A DNA stretch of 64,000 nucleotides, taken from NCBI RefSeq assembly GCF_026210795.1, contig NC_089433.1, positions 2,232,001 to 2,296,000 of the forward strand, written 5' to 3'. The notes under the pieces are model-generated. The model had not been told where the DNA came from. It saw only the letters and a list, made by a program, of their open reading frames with translations, and made no database searches. This stretch comes from Rhizophagus irregularis (lineage: Eukaryota). Positions within the stretch are counted from its first letter, which is position 1. Each line of letters opens with the position of its first letter. Shown piece after piece: positions 52,033 to 64,000 of the stretch. The translations under genes were made by a program, and so were the position numbers.

Positions 52033-52516
52033 TTAATCCGCTGAAGTTTTTAGCTAAGACATAAAAAGAAAAAATTGTTAGAAGTCTAAAAAAAAAAATA
52101 AATCACCTTAAATAATTACCCGTACTCCGTGCATTTTCTTAATATCATCTTGTAATAAATCATTAACTAGACGGTGTTGTTTGATCACAGAGAGTCCCTT
52201 AAATGCCTTTGAAGAAATTTCGATCGCGTACATTGATCCACACCCTCCTTATAATAAAAAAACATGAGTGAAATATAGAGCATAAAAAAATAATTATAAA
52301 TAATTCACCTGAAATATCTTCCACCTGTAACTTAGTGGGTTGAAATTTCGAATGCAATTTGTCATAAAGATATTTTTCTCCTTCAGTCAATTGAGAGCTA
52401 GAAGCATCATCATTGAAACATCGAATTATTCTTGTTTGAATATTTTGTGTTATTCGACGTTGGTTAAATTTTCTGAAGTTTCGTTGAAAAATCGTGCGTT
52501 TCAATATATTAGACAT
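52033..52516 (-). CDS. BOL3: Mitochondrial BolA3-type protein; 3 exons
   Basis: Basic presequence, then LTEGEKYLYDKL..LQVEDISGGCGSMYAIEISS..FKGLSVIKQHRLVN..MHGVRLKT. Confidence 0.92.
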
Positions 52517-52635
52517 TTTGTTGAAAGTTGGGACTGTAGATCATTTATTTATCGATTTAACATGCATGCCTTTCCACGTGCGCTTAGTGTAGATCGACCT
52601 TAACCTTCACCCGTTCTAACTGACGAGAAAAAGTC

Positions 52636-53754
52636 ATGGAAAATAAATTTGTTTCTTCAAAGGAATTAGAAGAAGCTAGACTTAAAAGACAGGAAGAATG
52701 GAAGAAAGCTTTTGAAAGGATAGGCGAAAGTTCTGTCACGTTGTTTTTTTTCGTAAAAAAAGTCGTGAAACCTTTACTGTTGAACTTACTAACTTTTAGG
52801 ATATTATTATATTAGAGCCTCCTCCTATTGAAGAGGAGTATGATCCTCGAACATTATATGAAAGACTACAAGAACAAAAATTAAAGAAGGAAGAAGCATT
52901 TCAGGAAATGACTAGATTTAGTATGTGATAATATATTTAATATTTGTTTATTTATGTGGACTTATCTTTGGGATAAAATTGAAACGATTAAACAATATTA
53001 GGTAATCTAATTCACAGATTGGATGAAGATGAAATAGAATTCTTAGCAACATTAGAAAGTGAAGAACGTGTTAAAGAATTGGAAAAAATGAAGAGAGATG
53101 AAGAAGAAGTTGAAAAATTTAGGCGGTTCGTATTTATATAGTATATCATTTCTTTGTTTTCCTCTTTTGTTAAAAAAAAAAATCTATCATTGTATATCTC
53201 AAAAAGATTCTTGGTATTCAATGATTAGAGCTGCGGCTGAAGCCGATAAGGCTGCAACTTCGAAGCTCATTATACATCATGAGCCCGTTCCATCATCGGT
53301 AAAAGTAAATACTTTAAAACACGACTCACAACGAATGATATTAGCGAATGCTGTGAAAAAAACCGTTAAACCAACACGTAAAAAATCATTACCAGTAACC
53401 ATTAAGCAAGGACCATCATCACCACAATCACCAACAATTGGGCAGGAACCATCATCACCTAATATCATGAAGGAACAAACATCTCCAATTATTAAACGAG
53501 AACCACATGATTCTGATGAACAAGGAAGAGAAAACAAGCGAATTAAAATTGAAAAATTTAATGATTCTTTATCATCAAAACAAAAAGAAATTTCCGAGAG
53601 CTCAAATGAAAATCAATCGCCGTCAAAATTGAATTTTTCCAAGTCCAAATATAATGAAAAAAGTGTTATTGAAGAGAATGAAACGACTAATAATAGTAAT
53701 CCTTTATCATCATTATTGGTGTATAATGACAATAGTAGCGATGAAGACGCTTAA
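52636..53754 (+). CDS. PSME3IP1/FAM192A/Fyv6-family nuclear protein; 4 exons
   Basis: KFVSSKELEEARLKRQEEW, YDPRTLYERLQEQK, LDEDEIEFL, C-terminal LSSLLVYNDNSSDED. Confidence 0.88.
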
Positions 53755-53945
53755 TAAAATAAAAGTTTGGTTTATTTAAAATGCCGGAGGTTTCACCCGG
53801 AACTTTTGTCGAATGTCACCAAATGACCGTATGACATTTTATGACGTTATAAGGCGCTAAACTTTAGCCCTTTTGATCTATTTAAAGAGCTTTTAAACTT
53901 TTCCTCCCCTCCCACTTCCTCCCCTCCCCTTAATTAAATTAAAAT

Positions 53946-54457
53946 ATGTCTAAATATTATCTTGGATATTTATATTTGTTGTGTATACTCGTTTTTATCT
54001 TGATAAAAACCTGTAATGCAACAGGTTAGTAAACTTTGATTTAAATTTTGTGAGGGATTTTTTTTTTATTAAATTAATAACAAATATGTAGACAATCAAT
54101 GCGTAATTTGTACGTTAAGTATTCCAACGTGCGATCCTCCTTGTAAAAATGGAAAATGTATCGTAACAAAGCAAGATTGTTACTCATGTTCAAAAGCATA
54201 TTGCCAATCTGACCGTAAATATTAATCCGACCGTAAATATTTTTCACTTTTTATTAATATTTATAAATATCTTACTTTAATTAAAAATAGAATGCATCAA
54301 GTGCTTTACCTATCCAATTTGCCCTAAATGTGCTAATGATGAAACATGTGTTATAGTAAAACCTGATTGTCATTCATGTGGATCCGCGGATTGCGTTAAA
54401 AAAGCAACTACTGCCGATTCCATCAATTCCTCAATTCCAACTAACTCTAACATCTAA
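53946..54457 (+). CDS. Small secreted cysteine-rich protein, 122 aa, with two 8-Cys Opy2-like repeats; absent from the ORF track
   Basis: Exons 53946-54024, 54092-54214, 54291-54457. Signal peptide MSKYYLGYLYLLCILVFILIKTCNA; repeats CVICTLSIPTCDPPCKNGKCIVTKQDCYSCSKAYC and CIKCFTYPICPKCANDETCVIVKPDCHSCGSADC. Confidence 0.88.
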
Positions 54458-55108
54458 TCCATCTACTTGTAAAGTAACTCAACATTAACATTTAATCAGC
54501 CAGATAAAATAGAAATTGACTTATAAGTCGCTAATCAAGTTATTTTTATGTAATGAAAATCCAAATGTTTTTTTTTTTATTTGAAAATTATTTACAAAGA
54601 AATAAAAAGTCAAAGTAATCAAGAAGCTAAAAAAATATAAAAGACAAATTGAAAAAACAAAGTTTCTCAAGGTGAATACTATTTAACGTACTGGCTAGTG
54701 ACTACTGACTATTAACTAAAAATAATAAACCTTTGCCATTTTTATAAATATATATACTTTTAATTGTGAATAAAAGTTCAAATAATAGATAAAAACCTAG
54801 GCAAGGAAAATGCTTGGGAGAAATGTTAAGAAAAAAGAAAGATGCAAAAAAAAAAAAATTTACAAGAAAATATGAATTGAATCGATACGAAAATAAGTAA
54901 TTTTTACAAGAAATTCGTTTTCCCCGTCATCCCCTTTTCTTAAATATTTACACTAATTATAAATAATATGAAAGTAAAAATCATCAATTTGAGAACTTTA
55001 AATAAAATACTTAAATATTTTATAAGATATTTAATAAAATAATTATTATTCATTTAATTCATTAATATAAAACAGATCTTTTTTTTCTTCATCAAGGCAC
55101 ATTATAAT

Positions 55109-57441
55109 TTAATATTTCAATGTTAACTGTACGTTTCCATCTTGTCCGATCTGAAATTCAACTTCCATGTCCGTTTCATCCTCAATTTGGTGAATAGAAT
55201 CATCATCAATACGGACGGTAAGATTACGTTTAGTGCACCTAATTACATTCGTGATCGGTTGACCTTGAAGATCAATTTTCTCCGAGAGTTTATCAGTAAG
55301 TTTTGCGATAAGATCTTGAACAGTGAGATGATTAAGATAAACAGCTTTATACACAGCTTCACCTGGCAGTTTGACGTAAATGCAAAGAACTATAAATAGA
55401 AATAAATTTTAATATTAATATTAACTTTATAATATAACATTAAATTATTGTTCAATTTTATACCTGCACGACGTTTCCTTAGATGTGGAATATAAGTGGG
55501 ATCGCAATCTAAAGGTTCCAAAAGATCGGATCCCATTGAAAATCTCTTTCGTTTGCCCAACTGAAGAGTCATTAGCTCACTTCCCTCTACATCTGGATCA
55601 AGATTATTTAAAGTCTCCGAGAGATTTAAAATTTCTTCATCATCCGACACGTTATTATTTCTCGTGCATTCATTAAATACAGTCACAGGATTTGGTGGAG
55701 CATACATCATTATCATTGGCGTTGTTTCTTGTGATTTAGCTTTTAATGTGATTAATAAATTTTAATTTAAATTCGTTAAATACCTTTAAAATTCAACGTT
55801 AAACAATAGTAAAATTTATACTATACCTCTCATCTTCTCGCACATTTTTTCTAAATGTTTTTGATCATCTTTATTTTTACGTTCGGCACCCTAATGAAAA
55901 ATAAGATAACCCGAATATTAGTTAATAATATGTTCAATTAATCGGATGAATTTATTAAAAATTGATTTTCATTAATTACTTTGTCCCTGAATAATTTGAT
56001 CTTAGCAAAGGATTTTTCAAGAGATGTACAGATTGCACCGCTATCACACTTTGTCTCGACATGAATTCTTAGTGGAATACCTTTAACCCCTTTTATTCGA
56101 GAAAAGTCTGTTGATAGGCAATTGAAACGTACAAAAATTTTTGCACCTTTCTTGCCATTCCATTGGAACTGTACACGATCAAAAATTTTTGTTTCCAAAT
56201 TGCTGATCCCAGTTGATGCAGCTTTATCTTTATAAATGATAAATATCACATTTATTTTCACATGATAAATATATAACATTGAATTTACCCAAATAACACT
56301 TACCAATATCAACAGCTCTGGCATTTTTAGGTGATGCTTGTTGTGTTAACCAGAACCCCCAATAAGTGGAAGCCATTTTACGATGAGCATCATCATGAAA
56401 CATTACTTTGATAACTGTCGTAAATTCGGCGTCGTACTTATCATGATCTTGCAATCCAATTGCATAATATTGACCTTTGTTAAGGTATGTTATAGGAGTT
56501 TCGTCAATGCGTTGAGCAGAAGCAGTAGGAGATTCGAGAAGTATTTCAAATCGCAAATTTCTAGCAAATAAAGATATCAGATCAACAATTATGAAGAATG
56601 GTACGTATAATAGTTGAGCATCATTACTTACGATGATTGATGAGGAGGAATACTCTCAGGCGGCGAGGGCATACTAACAGGAGTAACAGTACTACTATAA
56701 TTTGACGCTTCTTGATTTGGAGATTGCTGAGACTGTTGAGACTGTTGGGCTTGTTGGGCTTGTTCAGGATTATGATAAGTAGTACTTGGGGTGGTATTAG
56801 TTTGATGTTGAATATGATGTGTCATATGATATCCGTTGCCACCGTTGTTACCAAGTGGGGAATTAACTGGACTAAGATCTGGTTGTGTTGATGATCCAGA
56901 AACAGGACTCACGGGTGGAAGTGAAGTTGTTGGCATTAATTGACCATGTTGACTCATTAACTGAGGAGGTTGATGTGAATCATGAGACTTATAGGCAGTA
57001 TTAGACGGTGACGCCGGACTATTAAAAGAAAGAAAATTTTTTTATAAATATTCAGATCAGGAGTTTATTAATTAATGAAAACAAAAATGTACTAACTATG
57101 TTGTCGGAGAATAAGCATCTGGATGATATCTGATACTGAATAACAAACCAGAAAATGGTTAAAAATAATTCTTAGCCAAATAAACCTGCTTCATAAAAAC
57201 TCAAAATTGTCACAATTATTTATTATCTCGATTATGTGATATTTGAAATTGTGATATTGTCGAATTGGACAACGACTTGTTTGGTTACAAGCAACAAAAA
57301 AAAAGTAATAGAAAAAATATTATATATATACATATATACACATAAAACCACTTACGCATGGGGAGGATATCCTCCTGTCGGTCCGAAATGTGGGTTAAAA
57401 CCACCGTAATTTGAATGCATATGCGGTGATACTGGTAACAT
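55109..57441 (-). CDS. Grainyhead/CP2-family transcription factor; multi-exon
   Basis: FEILLESPTA..ETPITYLNKGQYY, RFNCLSTDFSRIKGVKGIPLRIHVET, KIKLFRDKGAERK, C-terminal YKAVYL..LTVQDL dimerisation region; P/Q/S-rich N-terminus. Confidence 0.93.
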
Positions 57442-60161
57442 TATGTGTCGTCTGTGAGATATTTTTCAAGCAAATTTAAATTTAGTCAAAAATAAATTTT
57501 TTTTTTTAAAAAAAAAATCAAACCCCGAAAAAAAAGAAAGATTCTGACCTACTATTTGGAATGCGTTACTATATTTTAAAAAAAATGCGAAGGAAATTTA
57601 TTAATTTTGAGGGAAAAAAAATTAAAAATCTAAATTCTTATAAAATTCATACAAACTCAAAATATTTGATATAACGTAAAAAATCGTAAAGTATAATTGA
57701 TCGTATCAGCGGGACACGTTAATAATCGTAAATTCAATTAATATCTTCAATAAATAATTCAGGCTGCAGCGTTAAAAAAATTTACGTTGTTCGTGAACAC
57801 GTTGCTAGTAGTATAAAAAAAGAATTCAATAACAAAATAGACACAATTATAACAAGTTAATAATAATATTATTAAAAGAATAAATTTTAAACAAGAATAA
57901 CCTTGGTAAGTTGAAAATTTTTTTAAAGGTCGGTGCGGAAGACAAAAAAAAAGAGCTAGGCGAACACGAGAAAGTGTTTCTACCTGATCGAAAAAAATAG
58001 CAGCCGGTAGTCAGCAAGAAAACAGGGCCCGCCTGTTTATAAAAAAAAATTCTACCAATCAAAATGCAATATATGCATAATAGTGAAACATTTTCTTCAA
58101 TAGAAAATAATATATATAATAATAGATAATATATAAATAATAAATTATATATAAATAAATAAATAAAATTTATGTATATCTAATATATATTTATATATTC
58201 TATTGTATTTTTTTTTTTATTGAAGAATGATAGAATGATATATATAGAGTTTATTTACATTATTATTTAGGATCGGAAGAGTATAAAAGCAAAGAGAAGT
58301 TTATTTTAAGGAAAGTGTTACCGAATTATTAATAAGTAAGTCATTTATGGGAAAATGAAAGATAGTAATAAAAAGAAAGCCTCAAATGCTAAATTTTATT
58401 TGAGTGTGGCGCATTTAAATAAATAAAAGAAATGTTTAAAATAAATATATAGTCGTTCGAGTCACTTTCCCATACTATTTATTTATTTTAAACTTGTTTA
58501 TATGAGTATAATTATAGTAATTATAGATTGTTATTGGGTTAGATATTTGAGATTATGCGGAAAACAGCCTTAAACTCGGAAGAAACGCGTCTGTATTCAT
58601 ATTAATGAAAATATTTATATATAAAATAGATAACGATCGCACATAAATAAACTGACGCAATTTATACTCCGTTTTTAATCTTAAACATATTTACGCGTAG
58701 GTTGATAAAAATTTGTGAAAGCATAATGAAATTACGAATTATGGGAACCTTGAAACCCAATTTTATCACTTTAAGTCGCGTGTAAAACCAATCACTGCTT
58801 TGATGTATTTTTAATACATCTTCATATGGTATAGACCATCCCTTCTTGAATTAAAAAATCACACACACAAGAAAATGGGGGAAGAAAAAAAGGGTCAATA
58901 CGCGGAAAAAACGGAAGAAAAAAATGAATTTTAATGAACATAAGTTTGGAAATATTTTTTTTTTTGTTGATTATGCTATAATGATCGACAGTCACAGTGA
59001 TCTTCCATCTGTAGACTTTCAATTGATTGTATAAATTGTACAGTAAAAAAAAAAATACCCTTGATATCTTATTTAAAAAAGCAGGGTCCATATACCAATT
59101 TATCCATGTCGTGTAACGATTTGCGGGAGGCTTATTCAAAAGAATCAAAAAAAAAAAAAAAAAAAGAAATTTCTTACGCATTTGACCTTCTTATATCCTT
59201 CTAAATTGACTCACACGAGAAAGAGAATTCGAGCAAAAAGAAGCCATCATTGTGGTTATTAAACTTTAAAAACAAAGAATTAGATTTTCACAAACTTCCT
59301 TGTTGAATACGCATATATCTTACTAATATCTTCAATAGCCACCTTCTAAGCCTCCTTTTCACACATAAATAATCGCTGCGGGCAACGTGGATTATTTTAT
59401 CTGGTTCTCCTTTTCCTAAACAATTTGCGTGAGTTTTATGTTTACGTGTGTAACTGATGTAACTGATGTAGTTCTCTTGACATCATCGTACCCAAATTTA
59501 CACATTAAATGCTGCGCCAGATCTAATGTTAACGTGGATGTTACACTACATTCTTTAATCAGAAATTTACCGTAAAAAAAAAAAAATTCTTTTTGGGGGC
59601 GATGCGGTTATCTCGGATGACTCGTATCATTTTGATCTATTCTAAACTTTATTATCTTTAGGAATTAAGTTACAGTAAACTCTAACAGACAATGGAATAT
59701 GGTATCATCATTACGTTAATATTATTATCTTTCATAAACAACGGCATGCAGCTGATCTCTTGTGTAAAGATTTAAGAATAAAAATATTTTTTTTTTACAT
59801 TCATATTTTTTACCGCTAATGCTATTACGTATCACTATAAAAGCCAAGAAAAACTTTAAATCCTTCTTTTATTCTTGTATTTGTGTGGAATCTTTATTTT
59901 GATATGAATGATTAACAAATAGTTTAAATAACCAAAACATTTAAAATAAACAAAAAAACATCCCCCCGTACTAATACCAAAATTTTACTTTCGAAACATT
60001 TTATATGTACTTTGAATTTTTCATTACATTGGAAAGAGTGCAAATATAAATACAAGTAGAATCTGTAGAATTTGTAGAATTTAAATTCTTTGATTCGACA
60101 AGGCTTACTGCGCCGAATGTTTTAATTTCACGTGACAAAATAAAAAAAAAAATTGTATAAT

Positions 60162-62151
60162 TCAACCAACGCCGTATATTTTTTCAACATATGTAACCCA
60201 ATGAACAATGACCTTTCTTACGTCTTCCCATCCATGCATCGCATTATTACTACCTAAATTCTGGGCCTTAACCTTGAACCATTCTCGATGTAAATTTCCA
60301 CATTTTTCACACTTTTCTATGTCCGCTTTAAATCTTGCCCCAAGTTCAATATGAATTAATCTTTCAGCACGATGAGTGTATTTACATTTAGCTACAGAAT
60401 TGAATTCTAACTGATTGTCAAAATTCACGGAATTCTCTCCTTCTCTATCGATCAAAAATTCTTGGGAAGAAAAGGATGAGAGTATCTCGACATTAGGGAA
60501 GTTTTCAATTAACTCGGGCGTGTAACCACATTGTTTAGCCCACTGGTAAAGACGTCTGTGAACATTTGTGGCACGACCAACTTTATAAAGTGTGTACTGA
60601 GAATTTTTCTCAGAATTAGGACCTAATTAATATAAATAATGAATAAAAATATTCTAAAAATTAATTTGCACTATATGACTATATGTATAATTTACCTTCG
60701 AGTAATTTATATGCGTATATGAAACCGGGTTCGTCTCTATCAGCAATTGGTTTCTCCATTTCTAATCTTAATAAACGTCTAGTGTCCGCCGAGAGATCAT
60801 GCTTAATCCAGTCTATTGAGAAAGAAATATTTGATAAATGTTCTAAAAATTAAAAAAATATCCAAATTTGATATTTACCTCCAAAACGAAGCCACGTTAA
60901 CCTTGCCCTCCCAGGAACAAAAACGGCTTTTTCTAACTCTTCTTCAGGTTCATCTCTTTTGTGTTTGTGACAAAATTCTTCTAAAGGTTTGATTTTACGA
61001 TTGCAAATTTTGCCATTTTTAATACGTCCCTGACACAGGTTGGATGGAGAAGACGTGCTAGAATAATCACCGGTTAAATCAGTTTGATCACGAGAACGTG
61101 TAGGCGTGATAGAACCGGGTGTTGTATTTTTTATTGACACACGTGATTCATATGATGTATTTATACACGACGAAAGAATTCGCGTTTTTGTTGGTGTTGG
61201 TGTTAAAGGTGGTTTTCTATCTGGCGTACTAGGAGATTGACAAGGTGATTTTGATGCTATTTTTTGTTCGGGATTGAGCATTCCAAACAAATAATCTAAC
61301 GGGCTTTTAGATTGGCTTGGTGAAATGGATAACAAAGGCGCCAAAACGAGCTCATTAGACGGTGTTATTAAGGTCGGCGTTTGAAACAATTCTTTATTTG
61401 TTGTTTCAAGGAAGCTATCATCAACACATGCAGGGCTTTCTATAGGAAAGCGATCTTGAGGTGGTAACTTATTAACATCCGTGTCAGTCTGCACCCATTT
61501 AGTTGAGGAAAGGATTCTTTTCTGGGTGAATTCTGCTCTATCTAAATCTGAACGGATAGACGGTGGTGTTTGCTCACGATTTTCGAAATTTGATTCAGAA
61601 GATATCGATACTTGTGTGGATTTTTTAGATATCTCTTCGGTTATTTGAACTTTTAATTTATTGAGGTTTATTGTGATCACGGTTGAACCCGTTTCACTAT
61701 TCTTAATTTTCGAATCATCCTGAGTCAATTGACCTTTCTTTGAACTATTTAACGATAAGGAGTTCATTTTATCTTCTATTTCACCTAGCTTTTCTCGGGT
61801 ATCTTTTGTTAAATCATTTGAAAGGTCTATAATATCAACTTCCGAATTAATTTCATTTTTAGGTAAATCGTTCTTTTTTGAAGCAGTTAATAACCCAAAT
61901 ATATTTTTTCCAGTACTTTGAACCTTATGTTGATGACAAAAATCATCAAGTACCATGCGCTTACAAGGTCGGCCCGTAGAGACCGATGTCCCTTTGCACA
62001 CTGTTGTACGAGGAGTAAGTGTCTTTTGTTTTTCGGAGATAATTGGTGTAGTTACATGAGATTGTGTGGAAATTCTTGGAGTTTTAGTTGATAATTCTTC
62101 AATAGTGGGTGCTTGTAAAGGAGGGGAATTTCTTCTGCTATAAGTTACCAT
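60162..62151 (-). CDS. T5orf172/Mug113 (GIY-YIG-like) domain protein with two C-C-C-H motifs; 3 exons
   Basis: GFIYAY, LYKVGRATNVHRRLYQWAKQC, HRAERLIHIEL, CEKCGNLHREWF; CKG..C..FCHQH and CQG..C..FCHKH. Confidence 0.85.
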
Positions 62152-62396
62152 TTTTATAAACTTTCCTATAAAAAGTCTGCAAAGATTAAATAAAAAATTT
62201 TTGCAAACCTAAGGTTCGTTTGTTTATTTTATCCTAATTTGTTTATTGTTACACAGTTACGCAATCGCGGTTAAGCGTATCACGTGAATTTAATTTTCTA
62301 CATCACTCGCGTTATTTAAATTTGATTGGACTTAACACAGCTTGACTTACAAATTTATTAACAAATCGATAAAATTCGATTACTAGATTACTCAGA

Positions 62397-64000
62397 TTAC
62401 TCTAATGTTGGAAATTCTTGATTCCCTCCTAATCCACTTATTCTTCCACTCGTCATATCCATTTCTCTACCGATCGGTCCTAATGCTGTTTTTCCAATTA
62501 AATCCATAGTTAAACTACTCAAAAAACAAGGAATAGATCCACGTTCTACGACCCAATATTTGATTAAGTTATCCAAACTCTTGATATATTCAGTATTTCC
62601 ACCATCAACAAGTTGCATGGTACCAAGATTATCCTCATCAGAGGTAAAAACTAATGAATGGTCATCCTGTTCTGAATACATAGAAGTTAATCGAACGCGA
62701 CCGTTTTCAAGAAATTCTACCTTATAACCAAGAAGGCTATAAACAGCTTCACGGTATTCTTGAGCTTTAGCTTTCCAAACCTATTAATAACGAAATATTA
62801 ATACATGATGCAGACTATCATTGATAATTTATATATTTTTAAACACCTCTTTAAGTCTTGTCATTCTCTTTTCCTTATCTGCAACCTGATCTATAAGTTG
62901 CTTATTCTCTTCTTCCAAATTTAAATAACTTTGAATTGGAAAGACTCTAATTGTTTCTTTCTCAGAATCATTATCTTCGGTTAATTCTAATGTAATGGTA
63001 GGATGATTTTCAAGAATTTGATACAATTCTTTAAGTTTAGTTTTTAAATCCTGGTTTTCTGTTGCCAATCCCTGCAATCTATTCTCGCGCAATGAAAATT
63101 CCTTGGAAGCAGGATTATCTTTCATCTCCAGCACCTTTTTTAAAATTTGTAAGGTTAGTGTTAAAATTGTGATAAAACATTTAATTTGCAAAATAAATCA
63201 TATAACTCAAATTATGGAACTTTCAATAACATACCCGAATTGTTTCCTTATTGTATTCACCTCTACCTACTGCCCTCTCAAGAATATCGATTTGATTATC
63301 TAATAACATTATTTTTTCCTTCAAAGATGCATTTTCGGTTTTGAGATCTTTTACAGCTGAGAAAAATAAATTTACGTTAGAAAATATAACACGATTCTTA
63401 AAACAAAGATAATTAGTAAAATAAGAAAATGTTCATACTTTCTTGTAAAATTTCATTCTGTTTAATTAATTCTGATGAATGTACTTTCAATTCAGTTTGT
63501 TCGTAAATATTTATTTGGTTTTGTAAAGATGCTATTTCATTTTGTAGATTTGCCTTTTCATTCTCTAGTTTAAGAATATCTGTATATAAAATAGTAAAAT
63601 TAATGAACATTCGTCAATGTATATAATACTATGTATATTAGTGATAAAAAAATTGCTTGCCTTGTGTTAGTTGTTCATTACGTTGCATTACCTCAAGCGA
63701 ATGGAGATTTAATTCTGAGAATTCCGGATACTCTTCATGTTTTGGTTGAATGTTAGTTGCCTTATTTTCACATTGTTCTAAAGCTTCTTTGTATTCTGCA
63801 AGCAATTTTTCCAAATTCTGGATTCTTTCGGTTTTTTGTGGTTCAAAGTTTGATTGTAGTTGTTTCTCTTCTTCGTCGTATGATCTCTAAAATAAATATG
63901 TTGGTACAATAGGTCATTCTAGAAAATATCACTCGTATTTTTTACTTACCAAAGAATTCATTAACATTTCAACCTCCTTTTGAAGAAGTCTTTTACTTCC
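62397..64000 (-). CDS. MAD1: Spindle checkpoint protein Mad1, 3' part (5' end beyond the window)
   Basis: Coiled coil, VLEMKDNP, EKRMTRLKE-VWKAKAQEYREAVYSLLGYKVEF, VRLTSMY, SIPCFLSSLTMDL. Confidence 0.92.

Noticed and set aside
57980..58040. Grainyhead-like binding sites upstream of the Grainyhead/CP2 gene (autoregulation)
   Set aside because: Matches to AACCGGTT are partial and not distinguishable from chance by eye.

Overview
Very AT-rich eukaryotic DNA with short GT-AG introns. Gene content, a decayed TKL-kinase copy and a U12-type intron fit an arbuscular mycorrhizal fungus (Glomeromycota, Rhizophagus-like); this is an inference, not a database match. Gene blocks: PLC1 (1-3.6 kb); AVT3/4-type transporter, SUI1, F-box protein, MPC2 and an SLC35F6-like transporter (28.7-38.5 kb); GRX1, a 93-aa coiled-coil protein, SSO syntaxin, ERV41, BOL3, PSME3IP1/FYV6, a small secreted Cys-rich protein, a Grainyhead/CP2 factor, a T5orf172/Mug113 protein and MAD1 (46.6-64 kb). 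Two transposon-rich blocks (about 4.8-27.4 kb and 39-46 kb) hold a split hAT, a MULE, a truncated LINE, a tRNA-derived SINE and many MITEs. The most unusual structure is inside a transposase-less 3.86-kb TIR element (9642-13499): a minus-strand array of at least 14 mutually related intron units separating mostly 15-58 nt micro-exons, with no long spliced ORF where I checked, and a hairpin over the branch point in many units. MPC2, the 93-aa protein and the secreted Cys-rich protein are absent from the ORF track and were assembled by hand, so exon boundaries need RNA-seq confirmation.
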